DNA from: Narcine bancroftii
Taxonomy: Eukaryota
DNA length: 64,000 nt
Direction of reading: 5' to 3'
NCBI RefSeq assembly: GCF_036971445.1
Contig: NC_091481.1
Location: 85,746,001-85,810,000, forward strand
Below, piece by piece: positions 52,128-63,869 of this stretch. Made by a program: the position numbers and the translations under genes. Positions within the stretch are counted from its first letter, which is position 1. Every line of letters starts with the position of its first letter. A model generated the notes under the pieces. It saw only the letters and a list, made by a program, of their open reading frames with translations. It was not told the origin of the DNA and ran no database searches.

Positions 52128-52544
52128 CTGTACAACCATAAGAAATGATCAGTCGCTGAATAGCCAGGAAGTATAAGGTAGGCACCCATCTCTTGATTCA
52201 CAAATGTGAAACTAGTCCATAACACTCAGAGTGCAAGCGTGCCCACTCTCCCCCCACCCCCATATACACACATTTCCTCTCTTGCTTTCTGTCTCTCTCC
52301 CTCTAATACACTGTATCTCATAGAGCTGTTTGTATAGTAGAATCCTTGGTATCTGGCTGGCACCTATTGGGATTGGAAGATAAGTGAATTTTCCAGTTGT
52401 GTGAGATTGTGTGTTGCGTGAACTGGTGCACTAACAGCGAGGCGAGCCAATTTTAAAATTCCAGATTTCTATATTTTTTTTGCCGGTTGCTTCAATCCTG
52501 GATAATGGGTTCTACTGTATATATAATTCGTGTCTATTATTTAT

Positions 52545-52908
52545 CTTGGCTTGGCTTCGCAGACGAAGATTTATGGAGGGTTAAATGTCCACGTCAGCTG
52601 CAGGCTCCTTTTTTGGCTGACAAGTCCGATGCGGGACAGGCAGACACGGTTGCAGGGGAAAATTGGTGGGCTGGGGTGGGTGTTGGGTTTTTCCTCCTTT
52701 GTCTTTTGTCAGTGAGGTGGGCTCTGCGGTCTTCTTCAAAGGAGGTTGCTGCCCGCCGAACTGTGAGGCGCCAAGATGCACGGTTTGAGGCGAGATCAGC
52801 CCACTGGCGGTGGTCAATGGGGCAGGCACCAAGAGATTTCTTTAGGCAGTCCTTGTACCTCTTCTTTGGTGCACCTCAGACATGGTGGCCAGTGGAGAGC
52901 TCGCCAGA
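52545..52908 (-). mobile_element. RTE LINE 3' fragment
   Basis: Near-identical to the other RTE tails in the window. Confidence 0.88.
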
Positions 52909-53204
52909 TATTAAAAATGTGTGTTTATCTATATATTATCTGGTGTCCAGATTTTAAGAACACCTTGATTAGCCTCAGAGGGGGGCCTGCTTATCTCCAG
53001 TCTTAAAGTGACAGGTTAGTGGTTAGCCTTGCAGTGATGCATTGCAACGGGATCTGATGTTCTTTGACTAATCCAAGTGTAATCATTCAAATTTAATTCT
53101 CACCAAAGCGGCTTGAGAATTTATTTCTTTAAAATTGAGAAGAATGGCAGATAAACCCAGAAGGTTCATTAAGTTCGTGTGGGGCACATATGACTTCAAG
53201 GAGG

Positions 53205-54910
53205 GAAGCCCACAAATATGGTATAACTCACGGTACAATGTTTGCATACCACCAACTGAAAACCTACTTGAAGGACAAATTGGGAAGCAGACTGAGGTTA
53301 CCAGAAGGAAGCAGCTTTGAATATGTGATTACAGACACAATGGTAATCAAAAGATTTATAACAAAACATGTACATCAAGCTGCAAGAGAAAGAGAACGAA
53401 GAAACAAGCTGTAAACCCAAACAAAAGTTGGAACAAGATCTAAACATAAAGATAAAGAATGAAACATGGGAAAAGCTATGCTCCGGAACTATGAGAAATA
53501 CAATAAACACGAGGTTACGCATGATACAATATAACTGGTTACACAGGTTATACACCACGTCCCAAAAGTTAAATAAATGGGACCCGACAGTATCAGACAG
53601 ATGTTTTCGCTGTAAGAAGGAAACGGGAACAACAGTACATGCAATTTGGGCATCTGAGAAAGTGGAAAAGTTTTGGGAAGATCTAAATCAGGTATTAAAA
53701 TCACGAAAAACAACATCCAGAGATCTTTCTTCTAAGTAATATAAGAAGTAAAGAATTAGGCCTCAAACTAGATGAAGCACAAAAAAGATTTATTATGATA
53801 GCCTTAGCAGTAGCAAAAAAATTTATAATGTCAACTTCGAAATCGGAAGAGAGCCTAAGAGTACAGCAATGGTACATGGAAATAAATAAATGTATTCCAT
53901 TGCAAAAAATAACATATAATTTAAGAAATAACATCACAGTATTCGAACAAATTTGGGAACCGTACAGACACAATGATAATTAAAAGATTTATAACGAACA
54001 TGTACATCAAACTGCAAGAGAAAGAGAACGATGAAATAAGCTGTAAACCCAAACAAAAGTGGGAACAAGATCTAAACATAAAGATAAAGAATGAAACATG
54101 GGAAAAGTTATGCTCTGGAATTATGAGAAATACAATAAACACGAGGTTACGCATGATACAATATAATTGGTTACACAGGCTATACATCACGCCCCAAAAG
54201 TTAAATAAATGGGACCCGACAGTATCAGACAGATGTTTTCGCTGTAAGAAGGAAACGGGAACAACAGGACATGCAATTTGGGCTTGTGAGAAAGTGGAAA
54301 AGTTTTGGGAAGATCTAAATCAGGTATTAAATAAAATCACAAAAAGCAACATCCCAAAAAATTCAGAGATCTTTCTTCTAAGTAATATAAGAAGTAAAGA
54401 ATTAGGCCTCAAATTGGATGAAGCACAAAAAAGATTTATTATGATCGCCTTAGCAGGAGCAAAAAAATGTATAATGTCAACTTGGAAAATGGAGGAGAGC
54501 CTGAGAATATAGCAGTGGTACATAGAAATGAATAAATGTATTCCATTGGAAAAAATAACATATAATTTAAGAAATAACATCACAGTATTCGAACAAATTT
54601 GGTGACCGTACATGGAACACAACAGAGAGGTCCTACCACAGAGCTCCACCACCTAAAATGATAGAATGAGAAGAAGATGAAATGAACTGATCCAGTGTGT
54701 AAGGGTGGATGACACAGTTTTCTTGTTTTCATTGTGTGATGACATTGGTGGGTTTGTTGTATATGTTGAACTTTTGATGGGTTTGGGGGGGGGGGGGGGT
54801 AGGAAGAAGGGAGGGGGAGAAAGGGGAGAAAATGACACTATATTCAAGAGGGAAATGTTTGTGTGTATTTTGATTGATGTGGTTCATAGTGTGAAAAATA
54901 AAAAAATAAT
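53205..54910 (+). mobile_element. 5'-truncated L1 with an internal tandem duplication of the ORF2 C-terminus; related to the element at 1959-7946
   Basis: KWEQDLNIKIK.ETWEKLCSG..RNTINTRLRMIQYNWLHRL occurs twice (first copy KLEQ); G-rich 3' UTR and AATAAA tail. Confidence 0.92.
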
Positions 54911-55796
54911 AATCTCCCTATAAATGTTTTAGCTAAAAAAAAGGAGGGAAGTCCACACTTTAGGGTCTCTGCAGCTGAAGGCACAACCACCAATAACAGG
55001 GCCAAGGCATCGAAGAGTCGGAAAGCAGTGAGCTGGCCACATGCACTGTGGGAATAGTGACGGGACATCCAAGTACATTGAAGGGAAGCCTGTCATTTTC
55101 TATTGGTTTCTAAACACCCCTGATGGGAATATCACAGATTGGCTCATTAGTGACCCATGTAACTGAACAGGACAATCATTGCAGATTCAGTGGCTGAAAT
55201 CATGTTAAAACCAAAGACCACAGATGCGGAAAAATTTCTTTAGTCAGGGTTGTGAGTGTGGAACCTGTTGCCACAGGCGGCTGTGGAAGCGAGGCCTTTG
55301 GGTGAATTTAAGGTAGAGATTGACAGGTATTTGATTAGTCAGGGCATCAAGGGTCACAGGCAGAAGGTCAGGGACTGGAGCTGAGCGGGCGGATAGATCA
55401 GCTCGTGATTAAAATAGTGGAGCAGACTCGAAGGGACCTTTTCAACCCAATTCTTCTGTCTTCTCCCCATGAACCTTAATCAAGAACCTATATCTGTCTG
55501 TCTTAAATATCCCTAATGATGGCCTCCATGCCCAACGTATTCCACAGATTCCTCCCCCCCCCCCCCCCCCCCACTCTGGGTAAAAACAAAATTTCTCCTC
55601 ATCTCTGTACCCAAAGGATTCTGAGGCTGTGCCCTCTGGTCCCAGATTTCCCCACTACAAGAAACATTTTCTCCATGTCCACTCAATCTAGGCCTTTTAG
55701 TATTCGATAGGTTCTTCCCTCCCCAAATTCTTCTTTTGTCAATGGCATCGGTGTTTCCCTGACATTGGTAGAACTCCCGTCAGGGTCAGCGCCTAC

Positions 55797-55867
55797 CTGA
55801 CACCACTGCCCAGTGAGCCTTGTGTCCTTTCTTCTGGCAGGGCTCGTGGTTGAAATCTTCATCGTAG
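55797..55867 (-). CDS. ACTMAP: ACTMAP exon (YDEDFNHEPCQKKGHKAHWAVVS), containing the likely catalytic His region
   Basis: U12-type acceptor upstream, gtaggc donor, 71 nt. Confidence 0.95.
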
Positions 55868-57800
55868 CTTCCCGGAGTTAGGGAATCACGTCAGGTTGCT
55901 CATGGCACGCTCCCCCTCACCCAGGATTATCGATTCCACAAGAGACCACCAATGTCAATTAGTGACTGAATCTTGGACGTAGCTTGTTTACTGCAGAATT
56001 GTCAGTGAGGTTCAGACCATCTCACAAACCTCTATTGTAAACCCACCCCTTCATAAGAACATCAAACAGGAGCAGAAGTCAGCCCGTCAGGCCTGCTCTC
56101 CTATTCAATGTGATTATGGCTGATCTGATGATGGGCTCATCTCCACTGTCCCGAGAAATCATATAGAAATACAATTAAACCTCGTTAGCATGCGATTCGT
56201 TAATCCGTGGAATCGCTTATAGTACGGGTGCCTGTGGACCCCAAATCTTGATTTTAGAATGCCAGGCTAAGCCACAAACTCAAAAATGGACTCATGACTC
56301 ATTTACAAGGTGTGTATGTTAATATGTGGAGTTTAAAGGTCTTAAGGGTCTTATTATAGGGTTTGAGTCACAGTGTTCTGTTTTCCTGCTTCCTGAATCA
56401 TATGCATCTGTTCCACGACTCGTCTGTAACGCGATATGAAATCTTGGACCCCAACTACTGCATTCTAACAAGGTTTTACTGTATATAAAATTATGAAAGG
56501 CATAGATAAGTTAGAAGTAGGTGTTGTTTCCATTGGTGGGGGAGACCAGAACTAGGGGACATAGCCCCAAGATTCAGGGGAATAGATTTAGGACGGAGAT
56601 GAGGAGGAACTGCTTTTCCCAGAGGGTGGGGAATTTGTGGAATTTTCTGCCCTTTGAATCAGTGGAGGCGACTTCAGTAAATATATTTAAGACAAGGCTT
56701 GTTAGATTTTTACATAGTCGGGGAATTAATGGATATGGGGAAAAGGCAGGTAAGTGGAGATGAGCCCATCATCCATGATCTATAATGACAGATCTGACTG
56801 GATGGGTCAGATGGCCAACTCCTGCCCCTATTTCTTATGTTCTCAGTCAGACATTCAGTAACAGTAGACTCAAGACAACGGAGATGAATAACACTCATTA
56901 TACGTACAATACTCAGCTTGAGGACATGCCACCCAATTAACTTACAACCCCGTTTTGAAGGGTGGAAGGAAACCCACACAGACACGGAGAACGTACATAC
57001 TCCTTTCAGACAGCACTGTAACAGCGTTGCACTAACCGTGCCACTATGGAGTCATTGAATTACTGGAGACCAACACAGTAAGGAAGGTTAGTGATGGACT
57101 AGAGGATTTTCCAGATTGTTGGATGCCTTTTTAAAAATTCCAAACCCATTTTGATTTACTTATGTTGCAGAGTACTACACAATAAGTTATCTGGTGAACT
57201 CGGTAAGTTTCAGGGAATGAGGGACTGGGGTGACTCAGCGGATGCCAGCCCCCTAGTATGACTTGGGACACTTGGGAATGTGGGGTCCAGGTGAGATGAA
57301 GGATTGTGGGGTGCTGGTGACCCTGGTCAGAGAGGAGGGCAGAGCCTCCACGAGGCTCAGCGGGACTGGTGAGATGGGGCATCCCTGAACTCTGGTGGGA
57401 ACTAGAGGAGCAGGGGGTCCTGGTGAGTAAGCATGGGACCCCAGTCTGAATCCGTGAGTATGGGGAAAGCATCACCTGGTGATACAGGTGCCAAACCATC
57501 CGGATTTCCAAGTTGGACAGCAGATTATCAGATGTTTATTAAACCTGTCAATAGGTCTTGGAACCCTCACACATCTACAATCAACCAGTCACGGATGATT
57601 TGCACTGCACACAGGCCATGCGAGGGAAGCAAAAGCCTGCACACCCTGTGATTGTAGTAAACACACACAGAAATGCTTGAAGAAGGGCTCAGGCCTTCTT
57701 TACCTTCACCCCCTATGGATGCTATGCGCCCAGCTGAGGTCCTCCAACATTTACTGTGTTTTTACAGGCAGTGGATGCCTTGAATCTTTTGAAAGGATAC
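55868..57800 (-). other. ACTMAP: U12-type (minor spliceosome) GT-AG intron of ACTMAP
   Basis: Donor GTATCCTTTC at 57800-57791; branch site TTCCCTAAC at 55885-55877, about 10 nt from the AG; no polypyrimidine tract. Confidence 0.92.
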
Positions 57801-57930
57801 GGTATTAACACAGGATAACCAGTCGTCAGATGACACATTATTCTGGATTTGTTGCTGCCTATCAAGCCTTCAGTGAGGAGTTCACCATGACATGTGAACA
57901 CTTCTTTTGCCAGTTTTACCATATTGTCAC
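57801..57930 (-). CDS. ACTMAP: ACTMAP exon (DNMVKLAKEVF...HLTTGYPVLIP)
   Basis: ttgcag acceptor, U12 donor, 130 nt. Confidence 0.93.
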
Positions 57931-59398
57931 CTGCAACCAGAAAATAAATAAATATTCAGTAAAACCCCAGGTATCCAGAATTCAAGCAACTGGCAAAAAG
58001 AAATAGGATTTTTTTAAAAATATATATAGACAAGAATAAAATAATCAAAATAATCGGTTAAAAAAAACATATTTAAAATTGTAAAAGTAAATGTTTTCTG
58101 AAGTAACATATCAACCTTTGGTGAAGATGAGAGCCTTGTTTGTGCTTTGCTTGTAGCACCTGTTTGAATAAAGTTGTGTGATGGCATTGCCCAGGATGAA
58201 ACCGTTCGTCATTGGGGGGACTCTCAAAGTGTCTCCTTATTCCTGCTTTGTAAGAGTCTCCCTGGTCAGATGCTTTATCTGTGAACTTAGGGTTAGGGTT
58301 TAATTAACTATAATTGTTAGTCTTTCAGTGGCTCTGTGGAGGGGAGGAACCTGCAGATGCATAGGACCCCACCACCCAGGCCGTGCCCTCTTTACTCTGC
58401 TACCAGAGAAAGGTACAGGAGCCTAAAGAGGACAGCTTCTTCCCCTCTGCCATCAGATCCCTAAACGAACAACGAACAACGAACCACAGACACCGCCTCA
58501 CTTTGCTTTTTTCTTGCACCCTTTTTATTTATTTTGTATGGTGGTTTATGGAAACGTTTGCTCTGTGACGCTGCCACAAAGCAACGAATTTTGTGACAAT
58601 AAATTCTGATTCGGATTTGTATCCCCTCAGACACAGAGCCAGGCTAAGCTGTAAAGTAGTAAAAGCACAGAAATGCTGGAGGAACTTAGCCAGTCTCACA
58701 GTGTCCGTAGGAGGTAAAGATACTGACATTTCAGGCCTGAGGCCTTCTTCAACGTATAAGCAAAGAACAGGAAATCTCAGACTAGAGACGGTGCTGATTG
58801 GGGTGAGAAGTCCAGACCAAAAGGTGTTAATTGAATATGAGGAGAGGTGAGAATTGATTTTAATTTTGGCTCTGTGAAGGGAGACAGGGGAAGAGAGAGA
58901 GAGCTGGGGGCAGTGGTTTTAATGGGAACCAGAGAAGTCATCCAGTTGGTAGGTGCCCAGACAGAAGATGAGGTGTTGTTCCTCCAATTTGTGGGTGGTC
59001 TCAGTCTGGCCGTGCAAGAGACATTTCATGGGACAGAGAATTGAAATGGGTGGCCTCTGGGAGAACCACGCTGTTGAAGTGCTCAACAAAGCATCTCCCA
59101 GTCTTTCCAATGTAGAGGGGATCACCAGATGGAGTAGACGACCCCTGCAGATTCATGTTGCTTTACTTGATAGGAATGTTGGGGCTCAGGTCCGAAACAC
59201 CGGTAATGTATCTTTATTTCCTACGGACACTGTGAGACCGGCTGAGTTTCTCCAGCATTTCTGTGTTTGTTTTTACTTCAATCACAGCGTCTGCAGACTT
59301 TTGTTTCAAGTTGTAGAGGAGATGGAATGAGAAGCAATCATAGAGAGACTGAGACATGGAATAGGCAGAGTTATCGCACGCTGGGCATTGTACAACAC

Positions 59399-59523
59399 CT
59401 GAGAACATCTCGCCCTGAACGGTGTACTTGTTTTCGACTGCACACTTCACAATCTTCTCTAGACTCACTGCTTCAGGTGCATTCAACAAATGTCCGGCCA
59501 TCCAGAGAGCCACCAGGCCACAC
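59399..59523 (-). CDS. ACTMAP: ACTMAP exon (CGLVALWMAG...YTVQGEMFS), containing the catalytic Cys
   Basis: ttccag acceptor; donor CAG|GTGTTG is weak; 125 nt keeps the frame. Confidence 0.92.
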
Positions 59524-60632
59524 CTGGAATAGAATGAAAGCCTTCTGGTCACTGAGAAAGGCAGGGGAGAGACCACAGGCCATTGACGAGGCGGGGAGCA
59601 GATAAGGAAAAATGGGAGGGACCCGGCAGGTCAGGCAGCATCCACGGAGGGAAATGGGTTGTCAATGCTCCAGGTCGGGACCCCTTCTCGAGACTTGGAT
59701 GGGAAGGCAAGACAGTTCAAGTTCATTATCATTTGACTGTACATATACAACCCGATGAAACAACAACTCTCCACACCATGGTGCAGGCACAAAAACATGA
59801 TGCATAGCACATAATGATCACATAAATAATCAAAATAAATATATCTAAATATTTAGGATGATTTTACTCGGTTACAGACACTGTTCATCAATCTCACAGC
59901 CTGGCCGTCCTAATTTTGATGCCCCTGTACCTCCTTCCTGATAGTAGTGGGTCAAAGATCCTGTGTGCTGGATGGAAAGGGGCCTTGATAATTCTTTGAG
60001 CCCTATTTAAGCAATACTTCCAGTAAAAGTCGTCAAAAGAGGAAATGGAGTCCCCAGTGATCTTCTCGGCTGATCTCCTCTGTACTGACCCAGTCCAATG
60101 CTTTGCAATTCCTGTCCCACACAGTGATGCAGCCGGACAGAACACTCTCATTGGTGCTCCTGTAATTGCTGTCAGGAATGGGGCCAGTTGCCTTGCCCCC
60201 CTCAACTCCAGAGGAAGTTTTGGCACTGGTGTACCTTCCTGACTAATGACAAGGTGTTGTGGGTCCAGGAACAAGTTCTAACACCACCTTAGTATCAAGG
60301 TCAATCACTCTCACCTCTGGGGAAACGGTTCGTAATTGCGAGTTGTTAGATGTTGGTAACACGGGGACTGCCTGTACTGTATATGCGCCAGTGGAATGGG
60401 GTTTGATCCCACAACGTACTAACTCCATGATACTTACAATTTAGACAAATTACTGGTTTTCCTGATTTTCCACATTCATGATGAACATAACATAACATAA
60501 CATAACACAAAGGGATCAGTCCTGAAATGTTAGTTGCCTTTTACCTTCTATGGATGCTGGGTGACCTGCTGAGTTTCTCCAGCGCTGTCATGGTTAACGC
60601 TGGTGTAAAAAGAAAAGTGAGCTGATACTTAC

Positions 60633-60701
60633 TGTGGGCCATCCTGAATCAACGAGGGCACAGGAGTGTTAATAAACAGCCAGTTCAACTCTTTCCTGAA
60701 A
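60633..60701 (-). CDS. ACTMAP: ACTMAP exon (FRKELNWLFINTPVPSLIQDGPQ)
   Basis: tcgcag acceptor, gtaagt donor, 69 nt; forms PSLIQDGPQ|CGL across the junction. Confidence 0.93.
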
Positions 60702-60807
60702 CTGCGAACAGATGAAAAGAAAATCTGCTAAATCATAGGTTTACCTGTAACAGGATCTATAATATCAAAGAGCATAACACAAAGTTAATCTGTAAATAAA
60801 GTAGAAT

Positions 60808-62172
60808 GCAATGTTAACCACTCTGTCAACCTTCTACAGGGGCTCCATTGAGAGCATCCTGGCCGGCTGCATCACTGTGTGGTACAGTTACTGCAGAGAA
60901 ATAGTTCGGAGCTCAATCCACTGGACCGTAAAACTAGGAGATATGATCAAGTTCTACAAGACCTTGGCCAAATATGGAATATTGTGTGCAGTTTGGGTCA
61001 CCTAAATACATCAATAAGATAGAAAGAGGGCAGAGAAGATTTACTAGGATGTTGCCTGGACTTCAGGAACTGAGTTATAGGGAAAGGTTAAACAGGTTTG
61101 GACTTGATTCCCTGGATCTTAGCAGAAAAACCAGAGGACATGGGTTGAAAGTGAAAGGGGAAAAGTTTAGGGAGGGAAATTTCTTCACACAGAGAGTGGT
61201 GGGAGTGTGGAACGAGCTGCCAGCAATTGCGGACTCAATTTTAACATTTAAGAAGAATTTGGACGGGTACATGGATAGGAGAGGTATGGACCAGGACGAG
61301 GCAACAAAAAAAAGGTTCAACACAGACTAGAAGGGCCAAAGGGGCTAATTCTGTGCTGTAGTGTTCTATGAAAGGTTGACTGGAGTTTCCCTCCCTCCCA
61401 TGGACATGATCTACCGGGATCATTATCTGAAGAGGGTGCGCAAAATCATTGAGGACCCTGTTGCGGAGAAAGAATCAACTACCGACACCAGGGTAACGCT
61501 TCAGAAAAGTTTTATTAGCAAAATATCTGGAGAGCAGGCCCAGCATCCAGCCTGAGCTTGCTCTGCCCACAGCCAGTTTTAAAGGAGTTTCTATACAATA
61601 AATGGCAGTGCATTCCTGCATGTGGGCTTCCTGTTGCGGTCAGTCTGACAATAGTTTATCATTCTCCACATTTGGCAATAAGGCAATAATTTAATAATTG
61701 TTTCCCAGAATTCCAAAACTTAAAAATCATGTCTGCAGATAAATCGCAACCTTGAGGTTCCCTGCCTCCACTTAAGCAATATGCAACTGTTCTTGTAAGC
61801 AACTTATGGGTGAACCCTTAACCTCTTGTGTTCAGATTTTCCTTCACAGACCCCTTCCACCCCGCACACAGCATCTTTCAGCTGCTCACGTCAGGGAAGA
61901 GATACAGGAGGATCAGAGCCAGCCCCACCAGGCTGAGGAACAGCTTCTTCCCACAGGCGGTGAGAATGCTGAACGACCAAAGGAACTGCTCACACTAACC
62001 ATCTGAGACTCTACTATTTGTTTAACAATATTTTTACATGTGGATAAACATACTGTACATGTATCATTTGCATGTGTTATATCTGGTTGTGTGTCTGCAT
62101 GTTTTGCACGGAGGACTGGAGAATGCTGTTTTGTTGAGCTGTATTTGTACAGTCACAATAAACTTGAACTTG
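60808..62172 (+). mobile_element. Rex1-like LINE fragment interrupted by a CR1 fragment and a solo LTR
   Basis: FYRGSIESILAGCITVWY peptide; continues at 61370-61458 and 61849-62172. Confidence 0.8.
61459..61848 (-). mobile_element. Solo LTR, 390 bp
   Basis: TG...CA termini; 5-bp TSD GACCC at 61454-61458 and 61849-61853; AATAAA near the 3' end on the minus strand. Confidence 0.88.
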
Positions 62173-62175
62173 TAC

Positions 62176-62399
62176 CTGTTAGAACGGTTCTGGAACAACA
62201 TCTTCAGTTCTTCTCGGTCACTTCTTGGCTGCAATTGGCCTTCTGCAAGAACTTGGTACAGCTTTTTCACAGGTAATGCTGACGGGCTAGAAAATTGTGG
62301 GGGCGGGGGAAGAGGAGGGGGAGGAAGTGGCAACCTATCTGAATCAAAAGAGATCGTAGAGTTGTCCTGCCTGGAACTTAATCCCCATTGTTCTGACAT
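62176..62399 (-). CDS. ACTMAP: ACTMAP first coding exon (MSEQW...proline-rich tract...KMLFQNRSN)
   Basis: Polyproline N-terminus as in ACTMAP; donor AG|GTACAA in the correct phase; exons sum to 1026 nt (341 aa). Confidence 0.82.
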
Positions 62400-63519
62400 T
62401 TTGAGGATCTTGTGGAGCTGTTATCAGTTTTTAACTTCGTCGAGCTTCATACTGCCTGAATCTCTCCAACCGCTTTCTCCAACAATCAGAACTGACAAAT
62501 GACGGTACCTTGACAAGGGGGAGAAAATAGTGTAAGTGTGACAGCAATATAAAATCTCGGTTAGACCCCATTTGGAATATTGTGCTCAGTTCTCCCTGCA
62601 AGAAGGATGTGGACCTGCTGGTGCGGGCCTTGGAAGAGTGTCCCCCAAATGGCCCTGCCATATAGACTCCATATAGGCTTTAAAGGAGCAAATGGTGCTT
62701 TATTTGAAATCCTGTGATAGTGAGATCTGGGTGCAAGGTGGCGGAAATTGCATTTTGACAGCGGCCCGGGTAGGGGAGCAGCACAGGGCACCAGTAGCGG
62801 GGAGAATAGCCTGCCATAGCAGAGGAGTTGACACAAGGACAGTGGCCATGGCAGCGGGCCAGCTGAACGACACACACAGGCGGTGAGTCGTTGGCGTCTG
62901 GTGGGGAGGGCTGCTGGAGAACGGGGGTATGGGAACTGAGATTTGAGAGGGTGCTCAGGGCAAGGGCTCTGAGGTTTGGATCTGGGCTGGGATGGCCGAT
63001 GGTTTTAACCGGAGTCCCGTGCAGCTCCGGGACAAATCCACGGTCACTCAGTGACTCTCTTTGGATTCTCTTTCTCTGACTGTAAGAGGTGCTTCAGGCA
63101 ATTTCTGCTGATGGCGAATCTGTCCGCCTTTTGTGTTTGCAAATGTTCTGTTTCATGCCATTGGGTCAAGTCAGGACACAGACCCAACTCCCAGGGAGAG
63201 CACTGGAGGGCCCCACGTGACGTTGTTGGCCATGGGACACGCCTCCATAGGATTGGCCAATCAGATTGCAGGACTCATGATAGGTTCAAAAGGAACTCCA
63301 TCGTTTGATGAACGGCTATTCCCACCTATCAGCGGTGCCCACCGGCTTCACCTCATCCAATCAGTTCCTTTCCTTGACTTGAAACGTTAACGGATCGTTT
63401 AGAGGATCATCGAAGCCGGAAGCAGGTTAAATAAATAGACGGTTGATTTTAACGAGCGCCTTTACAGTTTTTGGTTTAAATTAGGCTGATTTTTGTTTTG
63501 TCATGTTGATTGATCTAGA

Positions 63520-63650
63520 AATGAGCCAATCAGAATTGGGGCTTGGGGGCAGGGTGAACCAATAGGAGGAGAGTGGGGGCGGGACGTCCGGCGGCGCGGG
63601 AGGACAGTGAGGAGGCGCGGTGACGGGACGCGGACAATCGGGGTCCATCC
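63520..63650 (+). promoter_or_regulatory. Promoter and probable non-coding first exon of an unidentified plus-strand gene
   Basis: CCAAT at 63526 and 63559, GC box at 63575, donor GTGAGT at 63651. Confidence 0.5.
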
Positions 63651-63776
63651 GTGAGTCGGGGGGCGGCGGCGGGAGGGGGGAGAGCGCGGGGTGGCTCGGC
63701 CCGGGCTCCGGGCCTCGGGCCGTGTGTGGGCGCCGGTATCGCAACGCCAGGCCGGGGGGTGGAGCCGCGGTCTTAC

Positions 63777-63850
63777 CGGTCGGTGCTCGGCAGGCCTGCG
63801 GCTCGGCCGGGCGGGTCGAAGGTCACGATCGGGAGGGGGGACTTCCGGTC
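63777..63850 (-). promoter_or_regulatory. ACTMAP: Probable ACTMAP transcription start and non-coding exon 1
   Basis: CCGGAAGT at 63848-63841, CpG island, donor CCG|GTAAGA at 63776; candidate acceptor near 62492. Confidence 0.6.
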
Positions 63851-63869
63851 GGGATCTGGAGGGGAATAA

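Noticed and set aside
58287-58300. TTAGGGTTAGGG telomere-like sequence
   Set aside because: Only two units, inside a DNA-transposon remnant, so chance is a sufficient explanation.
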